The notes under the pieces are model-generated. The model was not told where the DNA came from. It did no database searches and was given only the letters and a program-made list of their open reading frames with translations. The position numbers and the translations under genes are program-made. Below are positions 60,001 to 64,000 of a DNA stretch of 64,000 bases, one piece after another (the first letter of the stretch is position 1; each line of letters begins with the position of its first letter). This DNA comes from Phoronis australis (Eukaryota; Animalia; Phoronida): the NCBI GenBank assembly GCA_002633005.1, contig NMRA01000311.1, positions 11,839 through 75,838 on the forward strand, given 5' to 3'.

Positions 60001-61916
60001 GTCCCACTCTCTAGGAATATTAAGCTTGCTTTGTCCATTAAGTCAGCTGCTTGATCGTAGTCCTTCATCTCTTTACACAACAATGCTGCCTGCTCATATG
60101 ACCTGACACATAGAGTACAGTGTGACACGGACAGGACATAGGAGCTCTTTAAATAACACTGCTGCCTGCTCCAATGACCTGACACATAGAGTACAGTGTG
60201 ACACGGACAGGACATAGGAGCTCTTTAAATAACACTGCTGCCTGCTCGAATGACCTGACACATAGAGTACAGTGTGACATGGACAGGACATAGAAGATCT
60301 TTACACAACAATGCTGCCTGCTCATATGACCTGACACATAGAGTACAGTGTGACATGGACAGGACATAGAAGATCTTTACACAACACTGCTGTCTGCTCA
60401 CATGACCTGACACATAGAGTACAGTGTGACATGGACAGGACATAGGAGCTCTTTAAATAACACTGCTGCCTGCTCCAATGACCTGACACATAGAGTACAG
60501 TGTGACATGGACAGGACATAGGAGCTCTTTAAATAACACTGCTGCCTGCTCCAATGACCTGACACATAGAGTAGTGTGACATGGACAGGACATAGGAGCT
60601 TTTCACAGAGCAATACTGCCTGCTTATATAACCTGCCCCAAAGAGTACAGACTGAGTTACAACTGCAGGACATAGGAGCTCTTTACAGAGCAATATTGCC
60701 CGCTTATATGACCTGCGACATAGAGTACAGAGTTACATGTACAGAGCATTAGAGCACAAACTGTTCTCTAGCTTTAGAATCTGTATCTCACAAATGGCAT
60801 GTGTCTACTGCAATTACTACGCGAAAATATCAAAAAGATAGAGAGATCTAGAAGATATTTTGTGATGTGAAGGCTTGTGCATACCAATGTGTTCAACTTG
60901 ATGTTGAACTTTATTTGCTTAAAATTAAATGGCACGCATGAAGCTAATTGTGAGCATAAATATTTTCAGTCATCAAACTATAGGTAAGTACTAGTTTAAG
61001 GTTCTACACATGGCCATAACATCATTAAGGTACTAAGTGATGATCATCGCTAGTAGACCAGCATCATGTTCCTCAGTGGATAACCACAATACTCACTTTG
61101 CAGCATGAAACAGTCTGAGTTCTTGTCAAGGATATCACAACTGAACATGAATATTATTAGAAAATAAAACCACATAAAGATGACATCAGACATGAACAAT
61201 TTTTGCTCAGACTTTTCACACTTTTGGCTTTCACTTTAAAGGATACGATAACATTTGTCGTTGTGTTTGTGCAGTCTTTATATACATGTCTTTGGCCTCT
61301 TTGTACATCTTCACATTGCGGTAACACGTGGCTGCAATGGTAAAAAGCAATAAGGTTCAGACGTTGCTAAAGAACATTTGGTAAAATGTTGCACTTTTGC
61401 AGCAATGTAGTAAGCCTTTAAAATGTCAAATTTTCCAATCGTTTCTAATCCAGATTAAAGAATTTTCACTGTCAGTGGTAGTATAGGGAACGTATGGTAA
61501 AAATTCTCCAGTTTGAGAGAGTGGAAAATCATTTTAATTTTAGGAATAGACAACACTGGTTGTCCAAAAATTGACGAATTACAATCAACGGCATACAATC
61601 ATTCATTTCCATGTTACAGATTATGGAGACGTATGAAAATGTTGTGTCAGCAGCTGTTTAAAACAACTTAAGTGAACTGTAGTCTGTTTCCAGGGTTTGC
61701 TCAATAAAACAGTGTCCAATATTTGAGAAATATAATGAACACCAAAATCAGCCATGCCCCGCTCTTCAGAATTGATGTCTCTAATTATAAAGACTGTCAC
61801 GAACTGGAGATATTTTCACATTCTACAACAGCCAATGATTATTAATACCTGCTTTTGTGTATTCGGCTGCAGCACCATCTAAATCAGGCTTCCACTTGAA
61901 AAAACCAGTTTTCAAG
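53900..61916 (-). CDS. NAPG: Gamma-soluble NSF attachment protein, 5'-partial: complement join(61849-61916,61247-61331,61097-61114,59962-60102,58524-58590,57925-57995,56995-57153,54921-55050,53900-54025)
   Basis: LKTGFFKWKPD, LFHAAKSYEQA, DTAALSLEKAGK, EERPRQAA, LVHLTRGDYVAA, LLDAYD, KHLDNDFAKL and an acidic tail ending LC*. Phases are consistent. First coding exon not found before 64000. Confidence 0.93.
54921..55050 (-). CDS. NAPG: NAPG exon (130 nt; YPNFGDSEEC...KHLDND)
   Basis: ttacag acceptor, gtatgt donor. Confidence 0.92.
55146..56146 (+). mobile_element. 5'-truncated non-LTR retrotransposon (RTEX/L2-like), C-terminal part of the RT ORF, frameshifted
   Basis: IFDKMVYPIISYGSEIWG, GELGRYP, LRCSNHNLMIEKGRH...CCSC...EDEYHFICVC zinc knuckle. 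(TGAA)n 3' tail. 12-bp TSD AATTACACTAGA at 55134-55145 and 56147-56158. Confidence 0.88.
56149..56263. repeat. Tandem repeat of about 44 bp, about 2.6 copies, abutting the LINE 3' TSD
   Basis: TTACACTAGATCAACAGCTCTACATTGAGAGTTACATGCTAACA. Confidence 0.85.
56995..57153 (-). CDS. NAPG: NAPG exon (159 nt; LEEAVVGLQKE...VHLTRGDYVAA)
   Basis: cacag acceptor, gtaaga donor. Confidence 0.92.
57154..57924 (-). other. NAPG: GC-AG intron
   Basis: AAG|GCAAGT is the only nearby donor that keeps the frame into the next exon. Confidence 0.85.
57925..57995 (-). CDS. NAPG: NAPG exon (71 nt; CEERPRQAADFIRQYSRLLIRLKR)
   Basis: aacag acceptor; non-canonical donor AG|gcaagt. Confidence 0.88.
58524..58590 (-). 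CDS. NAPG: NAPG exon (67 nt; MLEKTCPERAVLLYKRAADVVQ)
   Basis: ttttcttctcaccag acceptor, gtacag donor. Confidence 0.9.
58591..59590 (-). repeat. 42-bp minisatellite whose unit is a 3' splice site
   Basis: Minus-strand unit TTTCATTAATACTAATGGTGCGTGTACTCTTATTCTCATCAG; regular to 58885, then diverged; partly duplicated across the N at 59327. Confidence 0.95.
59962..60102 (-). CDS. NAPG: NAPG exon (141 nt; SYEQAALLCKEM...LEKAGK)
   Basis: gtcag acceptor, gtaagt donor. Confidence 0.9.
60070..60745 (-). repeat. 76-bp minisatellite spanning an intron/exon junction, about 9 copies
   Basis: ACCTG (minus CAG|GT) at 60101, 60177, 60253, 60329, 60405, 60481, 60557, 60631 and 60711. Confidence 0.95.
61097..61114 (-). 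CDS. NAPG: NAPG 18-nt microexon (LFHAAK)
   Basis: ctcag acceptor with U12 branch site, gtgagt donor; needed for the conserved LFHAAK. Confidence 0.88.
61115..61246 (-). other. NAPG: U12-type (minor spliceosome) GT-AG intron, 132 nt
   Basis: 5' end GTATCCTTT; branch site ATCCTTGAC about 12 nt from the AG; no polypyrimidine tract. Confidence 0.9.
61247..61331 (-). CDS. NAPG: NAPG exon (85 nt; ATCYRNVKMYKEAKDMYIKTAQTQRQMLS)
   Basis: tgcag acceptor; U12-type donor gtatccttt. Confidence 0.9.
61849..61916 (-). CDS. NAPG: NAPG exon (68 nt; LKTGFFKWKPDLDGAAAEYTKA)
   Basis: tgcag acceptor, gtatta donor. Confidence 0.92.
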
Positions 61917-62899
61917 CTGCAATTGAAAGAACTAGTAGAGATCAACACCAAATCACTCCTCAAAAGCTCATCATATCAAAAACATGTTGAAAGACAAGAC
62001 TTGAGTTTTAGTTTGTCTTGAACAAAGGTTCTTTAACATCAATTTCACGAAGTCTGTGCAGAGGTGAGGTTAGTATGGTATTCACTGCGTCCATTCGAAA
62101 CAAAGAAAAAATAAGTCTTTCCCTAATTGCAATCAAAGCCTTAATTTCATTACAGATAGCAATTTAATACAATTTTTTCAATCACCCACAGGGTGACCAG
62201 ATCTGATCATGCCAAGACTCATGATCAACTGATACTCTGTGTTCCCACTGTTGTTTTAAAGTGGCATAGGACATGAAAATCATACTAAATTGCTTTATTC
62301 AAAGTAGTTCTCTGTAACTGAAACAAAAGTCAAACTGTTCACCAGGTATTTTTATGTTTTGTTCGTAAAGATTTCTGTTGATATCAAAGCATTTTTCTTT
62401 TAGTTCCAAATTTCAAAACAAGCTGTCTAGTGCTCGTCACTTCCTCGAATTTTCTCCACCACAGCAATGCATATCTCCTTATTTGGTATGGCAAGACATA
62501 GATGTCATACATTTCCCTTATATGGAAATTGTGACCTTTGACAATTGCTGTAAACAAAACACTGGCGATTTCAAGCAGCAGCAAATCTGACTTCTTTGAA
62601 AGCATGCTTGCATGAATATTATAGGGGTGGAGAATTAGATAAGTGTACTGGGATGAAAGAGTTATATTTCATTCGCGTTTCAAAAGCGGTGAATCTGACG
62701 ATTTTTTCTAGAAATTCTTACAATATTCAAGGTGAATAACCTTAGCATCTCCAAGAAGTAGATTTGCTACAATCTGTTTAGAAGGTAATTTTTACGAGTT
62801 TTCGCATTACTTGCCTCTTAAGAAAAATCTTCAGTTTATTGTCAAGTGCCCATACTACACAATATAAAAATCAGTTTGATTACTTCATCTTGTTCTCTA

Positions 62900-62968
62900 C
62901 CACACCAGCACACACAAACACAAAACACAAACACAAACACACACACGCACGCACGCACACACATACAC
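62900..62968. repeat. CA-rich microsatellite
   Basis: Imperfect (CA)n/(CAAACA)n run. Confidence 0.85.
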
Positions 62969-62997
62969 TGCACAAATCCAACTCAAAACTATATATA

Positions 62998-63592
62998 TAG
63001 CTTTGCACTGGTGTGGGTAAAAAATGGCCAAATAAAATGTGGCAAAAATTTGCGTCATTGAAAACTACTCTTCCTTGAGTAGACTAAATTATTTACCGGT
63101 GTTGGAAAAATGGGTGTTCTACCATTATTCTGCATCTAAAGTTGTGGAGTGATCTTTTGCACCGGCTTTCGGTGTCATGAAATACTGCATCAGTTTCTTT
63201 TTCCGCTAATTCTTCAATCAACTACTACTCTTCTTTCATGAGGTTTGCATGAATGTCACAGCAAATTATCAGAACTGGTTTCGTTTCGTTACAAGTTTTC
63301 AGTATTTTAAGGCCAGCAAACCACAGTTTAGAACAAATTTTGCTGGTACAAAGCTGTTATCATCTCCCAAGAGAGATGTCGATCAAACATTTCACAAGTT
63401 ACAAGTATACTGTTTATCAAAACTATGACAGATTTTTCTGTTTTACAAAAGTCGGAGAATTATGCAAGACAATGATGTTTAGCTTGTTTTTCACTTAAAC
63501 GGCTGCAACGAGCAAGGTGAGCCTGTGTCAGTTGACTCCCAGATTTTGCTTGCAACCTCACTGGTCGTTAGCGCTAGATATTGATATAGGTT
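62998..63592 (+). mobile_element. Dispersed repeat, copy 2 (3'-truncated)
   Basis: Shares blocks TCTTCCTTGAGTA, CTAAAGTTGTGGAG, TTTTTCACTTAAACGGCTG and CCCAGATTTTGC with 49327-49930. Confidence 0.68.
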
Positions 63593-63611
63593 TTGTCGTA
63601 ATAGCCGAGAT

Positions 63612-63683
63612 TGCCCAACCTCGGGAATCGAACCACCAACCCCGATTTAACCGGCGAGCGTGCTAACCATTCAGCTAATAGGC
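63612..63683 (-). mobile_element. tRNA-derived SINE head or tRNA pseudogene
   Basis: A box TAGCTGAATGG, B box GGTTCGATTCC; D-stem and partial acceptor stem pair but the anticodon arm is irregular. Confidence 0.55.
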
Positions 63684-63792
63684 AATTGCCCGTTAGCGAG
63701 TGGCTAACAGAGGCTCATATGTGATTCACCGGAAGCACTTTCACAACATTCCCCCCTTTCCTATCAACAAGCACGCCATCAGCCAACTAGGT

Positions 63793-63963
63793 GTACCTTA
63801 CATTATGCCTGTACATGCACCTTACACCATGCCTGCACACGTACCTTACATTATGCCTGTACACGTACCTTACACCCTGTCTGTACATGCACCTTACATT
63901 ATGCCCGTACATGCACCTTACATCATGCCTGCACATGCACCTTACATTATGCCTGTACCCTAC
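63793..63963. repeat. 24-bp minisatellite, about 7 copies
   Basis: GTACATGCACCTTACATTATGCCT and variants. Confidence 0.92.
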
Positions 63964-64000
63964 CAACAAGCGTGCTGTCTCAGGACCCAGGGTCTATGAA

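Noticed and set aside
60094-60673. Cys/His-rich ORFs (MSCPCHTVLYV...)
   Set aside because: These are translations of the 76-bp repeat in shifting frames, not an independent gene.
63612-63683. Functional tRNA gene
   Set aside because: The anticodon and T stems do not pair canonically; kept only as a SINE head or pseudogene.
63700-63999. Repetitive ORF (PYIMPVHA)n
   Set aside because: Product of the 24-bp minisatellite, antisense within a NAPG intron, with no splice or domain support.

Overview
Eukaryotic, intron-rich, AT-rich genomic DNA from an animal, probably a marine invertebrate; the species cannot be named from sequence alone. I reconstructed four protein-coding genes exon by exon by reading splice sites and checking phase. 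(1) Arylsulfatase B/I/J-like sulfatase, + strand, 11 exons, 3309-20395, 495 aa. (2) Furin-activated, probably GPI-anchored matrix metalloproteinase, - strand, 9 exons, 44825-22704, 616 aa. (3) Mitochondrial ribosomal protein L50, + strand, 4 exons, 47127-52179, 218 aa. (4) Gamma-SNAP (NAPG), - strand, 9 exons visible, 61916-53900, first exon outside the window. The introns hold MITEs, TTAA-flanked Kolobok-like elements, a truncated LINE with a target-site duplication (TSD), tRNA-like SINE heads and many minisatellites. The most unusual signal is in NAPG, where two introns end in tandem arrays whose repeat unit is the 3' splice site itself. One is a 42-nt, in-frame, stop-free unit and the other is a 76-nt intron/exon-junction unit, so the functional acceptor is the last of many near-identical copies. 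The same gene also has a U12-type intron before an 18-nt microexon and a GC-AG intron. Most entries in the supplied ORF track are non-coding noise or exon read-through.
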